Shown one piece after another: positions 28,952 to 37,926 of a DNA stretch of 64,000 nucleotides. Position 1 is the stretch's first letter, and each line of letters starts with the position of its first letter. The stretch lies in contig JAHILH010000003.1 in assembly GCA_018897195.1 (NCBI GenBank), forward strand, positions 431 through 64,430, read 5' to 3'. The position numbers and the translations under genes were made by a program. Origin of the DNA: Patescibacteria group bacterium. Its GTDB lineage: Bacteria; Patescibacteriota; Patescibacteriia; Patescibacteriales; UBA12075. Below the pieces are notes generated by a model. That model did no database searches, was not told the origin of the DNA, and worked only from the letters and a program-made list of their open reading frames with translations.

Positions 28952-29611
28952 ATGTCCATTAAGACTAAATTATACAATCAAAAAGCAGAAACAGTTGGCG
29001 AGATTGAGTTGAGTGAAAATATCTTTGGTGTAAAAACCAATAATGATTTGATTCACCAAGCTTATGTTGCACAGTTAGGAAATGAAAGACAAGTTTTGGC
29101 ACATACCAAGACAAAAGGAGAAGTTCGCGGTGGTGGTAAAAAACCATGGCGACAAAAGGGAACTGGTCGTGCTCGTTCTGGTTCAAGTCGTTCACCGATT
29201 TGGATTGGCGGTGGTGTTACTTTTGGTCCCTTGAAAGATAGAAATTTCAAAAAAGAAATCAATAAGAAAATGAAGCAAAAAGCGATGTTCATGGTTTTGT
29301 CTGATAGAATGGCAAGCGAAGCAATGGCAATTTTGGATGAAGTGAAAATGAGCGAATTTAAGACTAAAACTTTTAATGAGATTGTTGGTAACATGGAAGA
29401 AAAGGCAATGAAGAAAATCGAGAATAAGAGAAGAAGTGTATTAATTATTGATTCTAGCAACGATGATAAGGTGAAATACTCTGGCCGCAATTTGGTCGGT
29501 GTGAAGATTATCAATTTGGACAACATCAATATTTTCGATTTATTAAAATATCGAAATTTGATTATTACCAAAGCATCGGTTGAGAAAATGGAAATAACTT
29601 ATAAGAAATAA
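28952..29611 (+). CDS. rplD: 50S ribosomal protein uL4
   Basis: RGGGKKPWRQKGTGRAR. Confidence 0.98.
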   Translation: MSIKTKLYNQKAETVGEIELSENIFGVKTNNDLIHQAYVAQLGNERQVLAHTKTKGEVRGGGKKPWRQKGTGRARSGSSRSPIWIGGGVTFGPLKDRNFKKEINKKMKQKAMFMVLSDRMASEAMAILDEVKMSEFKTKTFNEIVGNMEEKAMKKIENKRRSVLIIDSSNDDKVKYSGRNLVGVKIINLDNINIFDLLKYRNLIITKASVEKMEITYKK

Positions 29612-29638
29612 ATTATCTGCGAAGGCAGGATTTAATAT

Positions 29639-29995
29639 ATGGCAACGAAAGATTTATACAAAGACGAAACAACTAAAGGTGAAACCAAGAAAGTAGCTGG
29701 CAATAAAGTGTCAAATGCTTATAAAGTTTTAGTTAAACCCTTAGTAACTGAAAAGGGTGCTAATTTTGCAACATCGAATAAGTATTTGTTCGAAGTGGCT
29801 CATGACACCAATAAGGTTGAAATCAAAAAAGCGATCAAGGACGTTTATGGTGTTACACCAACTGACGTTAACGTAATGAACGTTTTGGGTAAGACTAAAA
29901 GATTTGGTCGAATCAAAGGCAAGAGAAAGGATTGGAAAAAGGCGATTGTAACTTTACCAAAAGGCGAAACAATCAATGTTTACGAAGGAGTATAA
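29639..29995 (+). CDS. rplW: 50S ribosomal protein uL23
   Basis: PLVTEK, NKVEIKKA and WKKAIVTL. Confidence 0.97.
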   Translation: MATKDLYKDETTKGETKKVAGNKVSNAYKVLVKPLVTEKGANFATSNKYLFEVAHDTNKVEIKKAIKDVYGVTPTDVNVMNVLGKTKRFGRIKGKRKDWKKAIVTLPKGETINVYEGV

Positions 29996-30017
29996 TTATA
30001 AATTTTCAATTTAAGAT

Positions 30018-30863
30018 ATGGGAATTAAAAAAGTAAAACCAACAACACCAGGAAGACGTCAAGCTACATTTGATGATTTTAGTGATATCACTAAAAGCAA
30101 GCCAGAAAAGAATTTGATTACAATCAAAAAGCAACATGGTGGTAGAAACGCACAAGGTAAGATTACAGTAAGACACAGAGGTGGTGGTGTAAAAAGATTT
30201 GTTAGAATCGTTGATTTTAAGAGAGAAAAATTTGGCATCGAGGCAACTGTAAATGCGATTGAATATGATCCAAATAGAGGTGCGAGAATTGCTTTGTTAT
30301 TTTATGCTGATGGTGAAAAGAGATATATTGTAGCTCCGGTTGGTCTAGTGGTTGGTGACAAGATTATGTCATCACAAGAGAGAATTGAAATCAAGAAAGG
30401 TAACGCGATGCCGATTGGAAATATTCCAGCTGGTGTAGCCGTATATAATGTGGAAATCGAACCAGGACGTGGCGGAAAAATCGCTCGTGGCGCTGGTATC
30501 GCATTATTCGTAATGGGTGTAGAAGGAAAATATGCGCAAGTAAAGATGCCATCCGGTGAAATAAGATTGATTAAGAGGGAATGTATGTGCACAGTTGGAC
30601 AAGTTAGTAATGTTGATCAAAGACATATTAAGATTGGTTCTGCTGGAAGAAATAGAAGATTAGGATGGAGACCAACAGTTCGTGGTACAGCGATGAATCC
30701 AGTTGATCATCCACATGGTGGTGGTGAAGGTAACCAATCTATTGGTTTGAAGCATCCGAAGACACCTTGGGGTAAACCAGCGTTGGGCGTGAAGACTAGA
30801 AACAAGAAAAAGCCATCTGGCAAATTGATTGTAAAAAGAAGAGTTAATAAGAAGAAGAAATAA
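30018..30863 (+). CDS. rplB: 50S ribosomal protein uL2
   Basis: EYDPNR and [13 protein letters not shown]. Confidence 0.99.
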   Translation: MGIKKVKPTTPGRRQATFDDFSDITKSKPEKNLITIKKQHGGRNAQGKITVRHRGGGVKRFVRIVDFKREKFGIEATVNAIEYDPNRGARIALLFYADGEKRYIVAPVGLVVGDKIMSSQERIEIKKGNAMPIGNIPAGVAVYNVEIEPGRGGKIARGAGIALFVMGVEGKYAQVKMPSGEIRLIKRECMCTVGQVSNVDQRHIKIGSAGRNRRLGWRPTVRGTAMNPVDHPHGGGEGNQSIGLKHPKTPWGKPALGVKTRNKKKPSGKLIVKRRVNKKKK

Positions 30864-30870
30864 TAAATTC

Positions 30871-30918
30871 GGTCATTGGAGCATAAACTCCTGACCATAC
30901 AAAAAGCCGAGGGCTTTT
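30871..30918 (+). ncRNA. Two-hairpin intergenic motif, copy 2 (upstream of rpsS)
   Basis: GGTCA-TT-GGAG-CATAAA-CTCC-TGACC-ATACA-AAAAGCC-GAG-GGCTTTT. Confidence 0.75.
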
Positions 30919-30939
30919 ATAAATAATTATTATAACCAA

Positions 30940-31215
30940 ATGTCTAGAAGTTTAAAAAAAGGACCATATATTAATCAACGGTTCTTGAACAAAATCAAGA
31001 ATTTGAAACCGGGCGAAAAAACTAATTTGCGTCTTTGGGATCGTTCATGTTCAATCACACCAGAAATGGTTGGTTTTACAGTAGGCGTCCACAATGGTCG
31101 TAAGCATGTTGATGTCTATGTAGTTGAAGATATGGTGGGTCACAAGTTTGGTGAATTTGCACCAACTAGAAAATTTGTTAATCACGGTGGTAAAATGGCC
31201 AAGGTTAAAAAATAA
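30940..31215 (+). CDS. rpsS: 30S ribosomal protein uS19
   Basis: MSRSLKKGP and MVGHKFGEFAPTR. Confidence 0.98.
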   Translation: MSRSLKKGPYINQRFLNKIKNLKPGEKTNLRLWDRSCSITPEMVGFTVGVHNGRKHVDVYVVEDMVGHKFGEFAPTRKFVNHGGKMAKVKK

Positions 31216-31235
31216 TTTAAAAGATAAAAGATAAT

Positions 31236-31814
31236 ATGCAAGTATCAGCAAAATTAAACAATTTAAAAATATCTCCAAGAAAGGTCCGATTAGTAGTGGA
31301 CGTTATTCGTGGCATGAAGGTTGAAAAAGCCTTGGATCAGTTGAAGTTTATTAATAAGAAATCAACTCATCCAATTGACAAGCTTTTGAAATCAGCGATT
31401 GCTAACGCGGAAAACAATTTCGAATTGAAGGTGGATAATCTATTAGTGAAGGAAATCAGAGTTGACGAAGGTATGACTATGAAGCGATCAATGCCAAGAG
31501 CTAGAGGTCGTGCGACAGTTATCAGAAAAAGAGTTAGTCACGTGATGATCACTTTAGGAGAATTAGTTGATAGTGGTGAGAAGAAAGGCAAGCAGACTAA
31601 AATTGAAGCGCCGATCAAATTAACAGGAAACGTTAAAGAAGAAGGTGCTGCTAAGGTTAAGGCCAAGGAAGAAGAAAAAATTGCTAAGGAAGATGCGGAT
31701 GAGAAGGGTAAGAAAATTGTTGATCCAAGAATGGAAGGACATGGCAAGCATAGCAAAGTTGAGAAAGATTCTAAGGGTTTTGTTAATAAAATGTTTAGAA
31801 GAAAGTCAGGATAA
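31236..31814 (+). CDS. rplV: 50S ribosomal protein uL22 with a C-terminal extension
   Basis: ISPRKVRLV, SAIANA and PRARGR. Confidence 0.98.
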   Translation: MQVSAKLNNLKISPRKVRLVVDVIRGMKVEKALDQLKFINKKSTHPIDKLLKSAIANAENNFELKVDNLLVKEIRVDEGMTMKRSMPRARGRATVIRKRVSHVMITLGELVDSGEKKGKQTKIEAPIKLTGNVKEEGAAKVKAKEEEKIAKEDADEKGKKIVDPRMEGHGKHSKVEKDSKGFVNKMFRRKSG

Positions 31815-31844
31815 GCGACTACTTGAAGTAGATTGATAGTTTAC

Positions 31845-31891
31845 GGTCATGGAGCATAAACTCCTGACCACACAAAAAACCTTTGGTTTTT
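31845..31891 (+). ncRNA. Two-hairpin intergenic motif, copy 3 (upstream of rpsC)
   Basis: GGTCA-T-GGAG-CATAAA-CTCC-TGACC-ACACA-AAAAACC-TTT-GGTTTTT. Confidence 0.75.
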
Positions 31892-31910
31892 ATAATAACT
31901 TATACATTAT

Positions 31911-32606
31911 ATGGGAAAAAAAGTTAATCCAAAAATTTTTAGAATGGGTATTACAAGAACTTGGCACTCTAAGTGGTTCGGGACTGGTAAAGACTATGTA
32001 AAAAATTTGCAACAAGATTTGTATATTCGTAGACATTTGTTGAAAAAATACATGGAAGCTGGTGTTGATCGCGTTGAGATTGAAAGAAATGCTAAGAAGA
32101 TTGTAATCAATGTTTATACAGCTAAGCCTGGTTTTATTATCGGTCGCGGCGGTGCTGGTATTGAGGATTTGAAAAAAGAGCTTTTGGTTAAGTTTTTATC
32201 AAGACCACAAGCAGTTAAATTGAGTGATATAAATTTAAATATACACGAAGTTGATCGACCAAGTTTGAGTTCTCAAATTGTGGTGCAAGGAATGGCCTTG
32301 GAAATTGAAAAGAGAATGCCTTTCCGAAGAGTAATGAAGCAAGTGATTAACAAAGTAGAAAGAGCTGGGGGATTAGGAATCAAAGTAAAAATTTCAGGAC
32401 GATTGAATGGATCAGAAATTGCTAGAACGGAAATGTTGACTAGTGGTAAAGTACCCCTACACACTTTAAGAGCAGACATTGATTATTCCCGTGGCGTAGC
32501 CCGCACAACATATGGTGCAATCGGTATCAAGGTTTGGATTTATAAGGGTGATAAATTTGAAAAAGTAGGAGATTCTAGCGGCGAAGTCGTTGGCAAGAAA
32601 AAATAA
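31911..32606 (+). CDS. rpsC: 30S ribosomal protein uS3
   Basis: GRLNGSEIAR and PLHTLRADIDY. Confidence 0.98.
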   Translation: MGKKVNPKIFRMGITRTWHSKWFGTGKDYVKNLQQDLYIRRHLLKKYMEAGVDRVEIERNAKKIVINVYTAKPGFIIGRGGAGIEDLKKELLVKFLSRPQAVKLSDINLNIHEVDRPSLSSQIVVQGMALEIEKRMPFRRVMKQVINKVERAGGLGIKVKISGRLNGSEIARTEMLTSGKVPLHTLRADIDYSRGVARTTYGAIGIKVWIYKGDKFEKVGDSSGEVVGKKK

Positions 32607-32617
32607 ATAATTTATAC

Positions 32618-32664
32618 GGTCGTGGAATGTGAATTCCCGACCATACAAAAAGACTAAATCTTTT
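32618..32664 (+). ncRNA. Two-hairpin intergenic motif, copy 4 (upstream of rplP)
   Basis: GGTCG-T-GGAAT-GTGA-ATTCC-CGACC-ATACA-AAAAGA-CTAAA-TCTTTT, with compensatory changes. Confidence 0.75.
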
Positions 32665-32690
32665 ATAACAATTAGTGATATTATACATAT

Positions 32691-33095
32691 ATGTTAATGC
32701 CAAAGAAAACTAAATATAGAAAGTCGCACAAAGGCAAGAGAGGCGGAAAAGCTAGTAGAATGATTAGCGTTGCTTTCGGTAAATTTGGTTTGAAGACAAT
32801 GGAACCATTTTGGATCACTTCCAGACAAATCGAAGCGGCTCGTAGAGTAATCACGAGAGCGACAAAAAGAGGTGGTAAGATATGGATTAGAATTTTCCCT
32901 GATAAGCCAGTTACCCAAAAAGGTGGAGAAATCCCTATGGGTATGGGTAAAGGTTCAGTTGATCACTATGTAGCTGTTGTGAAACCAGGAATGGTTATGT
33001 TTGAAATCGACGGTGTTGACGAAGAGACAGCTAAAAGTGCTTTGATCGCGGCAGCCCACAAGCTACCAGTTAAATGTAAAGTAGTAAGTAGATAA
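32691..33095 (+). CDS. rplP: 50S ribosomal protein uL16
   Basis: [16 protein letters not shown] and MGKG. Confidence 0.98.
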   Translation: MLMPKKTKYRKSHKGKRGGKASRMISVAFGKFGLKTMEPFWITSRQIEAARRVITRATKRGGKIWIRIFPDKPVTQKGGEIPMGMGKGSVDHYVAVVKPGMVMFEIDGVDEETAKSALIAAAHKLPVKCKVVSR

Positions 33096-33100
33096 ATTTT

Positions 33101-33301
33101 ATGAATTTAAAAGAATTAAAATTAAAAAACATTCCAGAATTGCACAAGATGTTGGCGGAACAGAGAGATAATTTGCGTGATTTGAGATTTAAGGATGCGA
33201 GCAAGCAATTAAAAAAAGTAACGGATATTAGAGTTGTGCGAACAACTATTTCCCGAATTTTGACTTTGCTTAACACCAAGAAAGAAGAAAATATTAAATA
33301 A
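33101..33301 (+). CDS. rpmC: 50S ribosomal protein uL29
   Basis: Position in the operon; LRDLRF...IRVVRTTISRILT. Confidence 0.93.
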   Translation: MNLKELKLKNIPELHKMLAEQRDNLRDLRFKDASKQLKKVTDIRVVRTTISRILTLLNTKKEENIK

Positions 33302-33326
33302 TATTTACATTAGTTAAATAATTAGT

Positions 33327-33632
33327 ATGGTTAATACAAAAGAAGTAAAATCGAATAAGAAAGTTGCAACTAAGGTTGATGAGGCAGTAGTCGTAGAAAG
33401 AGTAGTTATTAAAAAAACTTTTAATGGCGAGGTTGTGAGCGACAAAATGAACAAGACTGTTGTAGTTAAGGTTGATAGTGTTAAGATTCACCCACGATAT
33501 AAGAAGAGATATACAGTAAGCAAGAAATACAAGGTTCATGATGAAAAGGAACAGTATAAAACAGGTGATAAAGTAAAATTTATTGAATGTCGGCCAATGT
33601 CCAAGGACAAGAGATGGCGAGTAATTTATTAA
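33327..33632 (+). CDS. rpsQ: 30S ribosomal protein uS17
   Basis: GEVVSDKMNKT, HPRYKK and ECRPMSKDKRW. Confidence 0.98.
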   Translation: MVNTKEVKSNKKVATKVDEAVVVERVVIKKTFNGEVVSDKMNKTVVVKVDSVKIHPRYKKRYTVSKKYKVHDEKEQYKTGDKVKFIECRPMSKDKRWRVIY

Positions 33633-33649
33633 TCTAATTTTTTAGAGAT

Positions 33650-34021
33650 ATGATTCAAACAGAGTCAAGATTAAAAGTAGCAGATAATTCGGGTGCAAAG
33701 GAAGTTTTGTGTATCCATGTTTTTGGTGGTTACAAAAAAAGATACGGTGGGGTTGGTGATATTATTTCTTGTGCGGTAAAAGTGGCAGCGCCACATGCAG
33801 CGATCAAGAAAGGTGATGTAGTTCACGCTGTTATTGTTCGAACCAAAAAAGAAATCCGTCGTGAAGATGGTGTGTATTTGAGATTTAGCGAAAACGCTTG
33901 TGTGGTTATTGATAAGGTAAAGAAAGAGCCAAAAGCAACTCGCGTATTTGGTCCGATTGCTAGAGAGGTTAGAAAGAGAGGCTTTTTGAAGATTGCCTCA
34001 TTAGCACCAGAAGTTTTGTAA
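33650..34021 (+). CDS. rplN: 50S ribosomal protein uL14
   Basis: VADNSGA and SLAPEVL. Confidence 0.98.
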   Translation: MIQTESRLKVADNSGAKEVLCIHVFGGYKKRYGGVGDIISCAVKVAAPHAAIKKGDVVHAVIVRTKKEIRREDGVYLRFSENACVVIDKVKKEPKATRVFGPIAREVRKRGFLKIASLAPEVL

Positions 34022-34047
34022 ATTACGATATATAATAAGAATATAAT

Positions 34048-34362
34048 ATGAAAATTAAAGTTAATGACAAAGTTAAAATAACAGCTGGTAAGGATAACGG
34101 TAAAACCGGAAAAGTTTTGCAAGTTTTTCCTGAGAAGAACAGAGCCAGTGTTGAAGGTATCAATTTATTGATCAAGCATATGCGTCCAAGAAGACAAGGT
34201 GAGCATGGTCAAAGAATTGAATTTCCAGCACCTATGGATTTGTCTAATTTAATGTTGTCTTGCCCTAAGTGTGGCAAAGAAGCGAGAATCGGTTATAAAT
34301 ATTCAGATGATAAAAAGAAGAAATATAGAGTTTGTAAAAAATGTGATCAAGTAATTGATTAA
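34048..34362 (+). CDS. rplX: 50S ribosomal protein uL24
   Basis: KOW motif GKDNGKTGKV, VEGIN, and CxxC pairs. Confidence 0.97.
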   Translation: MKIKVNDKVKITAGKDNGKTGKVLQVFPEKNRASVEGINLLIKHMRPRRQGEHGQRIEFPAPMDLSNLMLSCPKCGKEARIGYKYSDDKKKKYRVCKKCDQVID

Positions 34363-34376
34363 TTAGAATAATAATT

Positions 34377-34919
34377 ATGTTACAAGAAAAATATAAAAAT
34401 GAAATAATGCCGAAATTGAAGGAAGAATTTGGTTATACGAGCGCGATGCAGATTCCAAAGATTTCTAAGATTGTTGTTAATGTTGGATTTGGTAGACAGA
34501 CTAAGGAAAAAGCTTTTATCCAAAACGTTTTGAGCGGTTTAACAAGAATTACTGGACAAAAACCACAAGAGAACAAAGCGAAGAAGGCGATTTCTGCTTT
34601 CAAGCTTAGAGAAGGAATGGTAATTGGCGCCAGTGTTACCTTGAGAGGTAAGAGAATGACTGATTTTTTGACAAAATTAATTAATCTTTCTTTCCCAGGT
34701 GTAAGAGATTTCCGTGGCATTACTGATAAAGGCATGGACCGAACTGGTAACATGACAATCGGTTTCAAAGAACATTTAGCTTTCCCAGAAATTCGTAGTG
34801 ATGAAATTGAAAATGTTTTCGGCCTTGAGGTAAGTTTAGCAACAACTGCTAAGACTAGAAAAGAAGGTTTGAGACTGTTTGAATTATACGGTTTTCCATT
34901 TAAGAAAGATAATAAATAA
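34377..34919 (+). CDS. rplE: 50S ribosomal protein uL5
   Basis: ITGQKP, FKLREG, VTLRG and RDFRG. Confidence 0.98.
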   Translation: MLQEKYKNEIMPKLKEEFGYTSAMQIPKISKIVVNVGFGRQTKEKAFIQNVLSGLTRITGQKPQENKAKKAISAFKLREGMVIGASVTLRGKRMTDFLTKLINLSFPGVRDFRGITDKGMDRTGNMTIGFKEHLAFPEIRSDEIENVFGLEVSLATTAKTRKEGLRLFELYGFPFKKDNK

Positions 34920-34954
34920 TTTTTAATAAATAATAAATTAACGGCTAAGATTAT

Positions 34955-35140
34955 ATGGCTAGAAAAGCATTAATTGCAAAAGCAAAAAGAACACCAAAAT
35001 TTTCAACACGCGTTATTCGCCGATGTTGGAGATGTGGCAGAAACCATGGTTACATGCGTGATTTTAGTTTGTGTCGTATTTGTTTTCGTGAATTAGCTGA
35101 CAATGGTGATCTTCCGGGAATAAAGAAAGCATCTTGGTAG
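34955..35140 (+). CDS. rpsN: 30S ribosomal protein uS14 (Zn-binding type)
   Basis: RCWRCGR...LCRICFR...KASW. Confidence 0.98.
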   Translation: MARKALIAKAKRTPKFSTRVIRRCWRCGRNHGYMRDFSLCRICFRELADNGDLPGIKKASW

Positions 35141-35213
35141 AGTGTTTGTCCGCGTTAAGCGGAAATAATAATAAATAATAAGTATATATAGAAAATAAAT
35201 TAATATAAATTTT

Positions 35214-35624
35214 ATGACAGATCCAATAGCTGACATGTTAACAAGAATAAGAAATGCTTCCGCTGTGAAAAAAGCAGAGATTCTTTTACCGATGAGCAAA
35301 ATGAAGCATAAGATTGCCTTGATTCTTAAAGAAGAAGGGTGGGTTTATGATGTTGATGTTGTTAAAGCTAGCGCCGACCCGAAGAAATCTACTTTTGATG
35401 AATTAAAAATAGTATTGAAATACAAGAAGAGCGGTAAATCAGCGATTACTAGCATTAAGAGAATTAGTAAGCCAGGCTTACGCGCTTATTCCAAGAAGAT
35501 TGAACTACCTAGAGTTTTAAATAATTTGGGTATCGCCATTGTTTCAACATCTAAAGGCTTAATGACAAATAAAAAAGCTAGAAGAGAAGGTTTAGGTGGA
35601 GAAGTTATTTGTGAAATTTACTAA
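35214..35624 (+). CDS. rpsH: 30S ribosomal protein uS8
   Basis: [18 protein letters not shown] and STSKG. Confidence 0.98.
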   Translation: MTDPIADMLTRIRNASAVKKAEILLPMSKMKHKIALILKEEGWVYDVDVVKASADPKKSTFDELKIVLKYKKSGKSAITSIKRISKPGLRAYSKKIELPRVLNNLGIAIVSTSKGLMTNKKARREGLGGEVICEIY

Positions 35625-35639
35625 GTAAAATAATACATT

Positions 35640-36185
35640 ATGTCACGTTTAGGAAAATTACCAATAAAATTTAATAATAATACTCAAGTACGCGTTGAAA
35701 AGGGATTCGTGATTGTTAAAGGTGCGAAAGGTGAGTTGAAGCAAAAGTTACATCCGTTAATTACAGTAACAGTTGGCGAAAGTGAATTACATGTAAGTAT
35801 TAAGGAAGGTGTTTCAAGAAAAGACAATGCCCTTTGGGGATTATTTTGGAGTTTGTTGAACAATATGGTGAAGGGCGTGACAGATGGTTTTAGCAAGAAA
35901 TTGGAATTGAAAGGTGTTGGTTATAAAATTGCAATTGCAGGACAGAAAGTAACTTTGAACGTTGGTTTTTCTCATCCAGTTGAATTTATTTTACCGACAG
36001 GTATTGCTGGAAAAGTAGAAGCGAACACAATCACAATTGAAGGTATTGATAAGCAATTAGTGGGTGAAATTTCCGCACAAATCAGAAAAATTAAGAAGCC
36101 AGAACCTTATAAAGGTAAGGGCATTAAGTATTCTGATGAGGTGATTGTGAGAAAGGAAGGTAAGACTTCAGCAAAGGGTAAATAA
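35640..36185 (+). CDS. rplF: 50S ribosomal protein uL6
   Basis: MSRLGKLP, GFSHP and PEPYKGKG. Confidence 0.98.
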   Translation: MSRLGKLPIKFNNNTQVRVEKGFVIVKGAKGELKQKLHPLITVTVGESELHVSIKEGVSRKDNALWGLFWSLLNNMVKGVTDGFSKKLELKGVGYKIAIAGQKVTLNVGFSHPVEFILPTGIAGKVEANTITIEGIDKQLVGEISAQIRKIKKPEPYKGKGIKYSDEVIVRKEGKTSAKGK

Positions 36186-36215
36186 ATAGTTAAATAGAAA
36201 ACAAATTATAAATAT

Positions 36216-36587
36216 ATGAATATTAATAAAGCTAAAATTGAAAAGAGACTTAAGAGACGCATTAAGATCAGAAAGAAGATTTCTGGCACTGCGACTTGTC
36301 CAAGATTGAGCGTTTTTCGTTCAAATGCGAGCATGTTTGTGCAGATTATTGATGACGTAGCTGGTAAAACTTTAGTAAGCGGTGCTGCCAAGGAAGTTAA
36401 AGGTAAGAAGAGTGAGAGCGCTTTGACGGGCAAAATCTTGACTGGTTTTGAATTAGGCAAGTTAATTGCTGAAAAAGCAAAAGCGAAGAAAGTTGAACAA
36501 GTAGTTTTCGATCGTGGCGGTTATAAATATCACGGTAGAATCAAATCTTTGGCTGAAGGAGCAAGAGAGGGTGGTTTACAATTTTAA
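36216..36587 (+). CDS. rplR: 50S ribosomal protein uL18
   Basis: PRLSVFRSN and [11 protein letters not shown]. Confidence 0.98.
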   Translation: MNINKAKIEKRLKRRIKIRKKISGTATCPRLSVFRSNASMFVQIIDDVAGKTLVSGAAKEVKGKKSESALTGKILTGFELGKLIAEKAKAKKVEQVVFDRGGYKYHGRIKSLAEGAREGGLQF

Positions 36588-36620
36588 AATTAATACATAG
36601 AACTAATTTAGATAAAAATT

Positions 36621-37355
36621 ATGTCAAACGATAAAGTAGAAAATAAAATCGAAGCAAAGATTGATACTGATAAGAAGGCAGCTGATGTGGTTGCTAAGTC
36701 TGTTTTTGGTGATAAGAAAAAAAATCAATTTTCTAAAAAAAGAAGACCGGATAGTCGTGGTGAAAGACCGAAAGAAGAATTCGAACAAAGAATTGTTGAT
36801 TTGGCGAGAGTAACTCGTGTAATGGCTGGAGGAAAGAGAATGCGTTTCCGAGCTTGCGTGGCAATCGGTGATAAAAATGGTCGCATTGGAATCGGTTTAG
36901 ATAAGGGCGCTGATGTAACTATTGCGATTTCTAAAGCAGTTAATCAAGCAAAAAAAGTAATGATTGAAGTGCCGATTGTTAATGATACAATTCCTCATGA
37001 TGTTTATATGAAAACTGGGGCTGCGAAAATTCTATTGAAACCAGCTAAGCAAGGTAAGGGTATTATTGCTGGAGGAGCGGCTCGTATCATTTTTGATCTT
37101 GCCGGTATCAAAAATATTTCTAGTAAAATTTTGGGAACAACTAACAAGGTTAGTATTGCTAGAAACGTTATTGAAGCTTTAAGCAGTTTGCGAAAAGTTG
37201 ACAAGAAGGTAGTGGTAAAGAAAGAGGAGGGCGTTAGTGTTGAAAAAGCAGAAGCAGAAGTAAAAGTAGAAAAGAAAGAAGCTGTTAAGGCTGAAAAACC
37301 AGCCACTAAAAAAGTAGCAGCTAAAACTAAAGAAAAGAAAGAAATCAAAAAATAA
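36621..37355 (+). CDS. rpsE: 30S ribosomal protein uS5 with N- and C-terminal extensions
   Basis: RVTRVMAGGKRMRF and GIIAGG. Confidence 0.98.
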   Translation: MSNDKVENKIEAKIDTDKKAADVVAKSVFGDKKKNQFSKKRRPDSRGERPKEEFEQRIVDLARVTRVMAGGKRMRFRACVAIGDKNGRIGIGLDKGADVTIAISKAVNQAKKVMIEVPIVNDTIPHDVYMKTGAAKILLKPAKQGKGIIAGGAARIIFDLAGIKNISSKILGTTNKVSIARNVIEALSSLRKVDKKVVVKKEEGVSVEKAEAEVKVEKKEAVKAEKPATKKVAAKTKEKKEIKK

Positions 37356-37385
37356 TAACATCCGCCGCGGCGGTTTAGCAAATTT

Positions 37386-37823
37386 ATGACATTATCATTA
37401 AATACAATTAAATCAAATAAGAGCTTGAAGCAACCTAAGAAGAGAATTGGTCGTGGTAATGGTTCTGGTATCGGCACTTACTCTGGTAAGGGCTTGAAGG
37501 GTCAAAAGGCGCGTGCCGGTGTGAGTGGTTTAAAGAGATTGGGTATGCGACAAATCTTGTTGAGAGTTCCAAAATCAAGAGGTTTTAAATCTTTGAGTGG
37601 GAAAGATCAAGTGCTTAATTTGGACGACTTGAATGTTTTTAAGGATAAGGACATTGTTAATAACAAAGTCTTGAAAGAAAAGGGCTTGATTTCGAAAGAG
37701 GCAATCACTGTAAAGATACTAGGCGACGGTGAGTTGACTGTAAAGGGTTTGACCTTTGAGAATATCAAGATATCAGAAAGTGCTAAAGAAAAAATCACCA
37801 AGTTAGACGGAACAATTTTATAA
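37386..37823 (+). CDS. rplO: 50S ribosomal protein uL15
   Basis: RIGRGNGSG, KGQKAR and VKILGDG. Confidence 0.97.
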   Translation: MTLSLNTIKSNKSLKQPKKRIGRGNGSGIGTYSGKGLKGQKARAGVSGLKRLGMRQILLRVPKSRGFKSLSGKDQVLNLDDLNVFKDKDIVNNKVLKEKGLISKEAITVKILGDGELTVKGLTFENIKISESAKEKITKLDGTIL

Positions 37824-37825
37824 AT

Positions 37826-37854
37826 AAAAAAATGTAGCACTGCTACATTTTTTT
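37826..37854 (+). terminator. Terminator-like hairpin between rplO and secY
   Basis: AAAAAAATGTAGC-ACT-GCTACATTTTTTT. Confidence 0.7.
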
Positions 37855-37856
37855 AT

Positions 37857-37903
37857 AGTTGAGAAGCATGAACTTTCAACTATACAAAAAGCCGATTGCT
37901 TTT
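37857..37903 (+). ncRNA. Two-hairpin intergenic motif, copy 5 (upstream of secY)
   Basis: AGTTG-A-GAAG-CATGAA-CTTT-CAACT-ATACA-AAAAGC-CGATT-GCTTTT; diverged sequence with the same pairing and spacing. Confidence 0.7.
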
Positions 37904-37926
37904 ATATATAAATAATTAAAAATCAT

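Noticed and set aside
37356..37385. Hidden or frameshifted rpmD
   Set aside because: The gap is only 30 bp.
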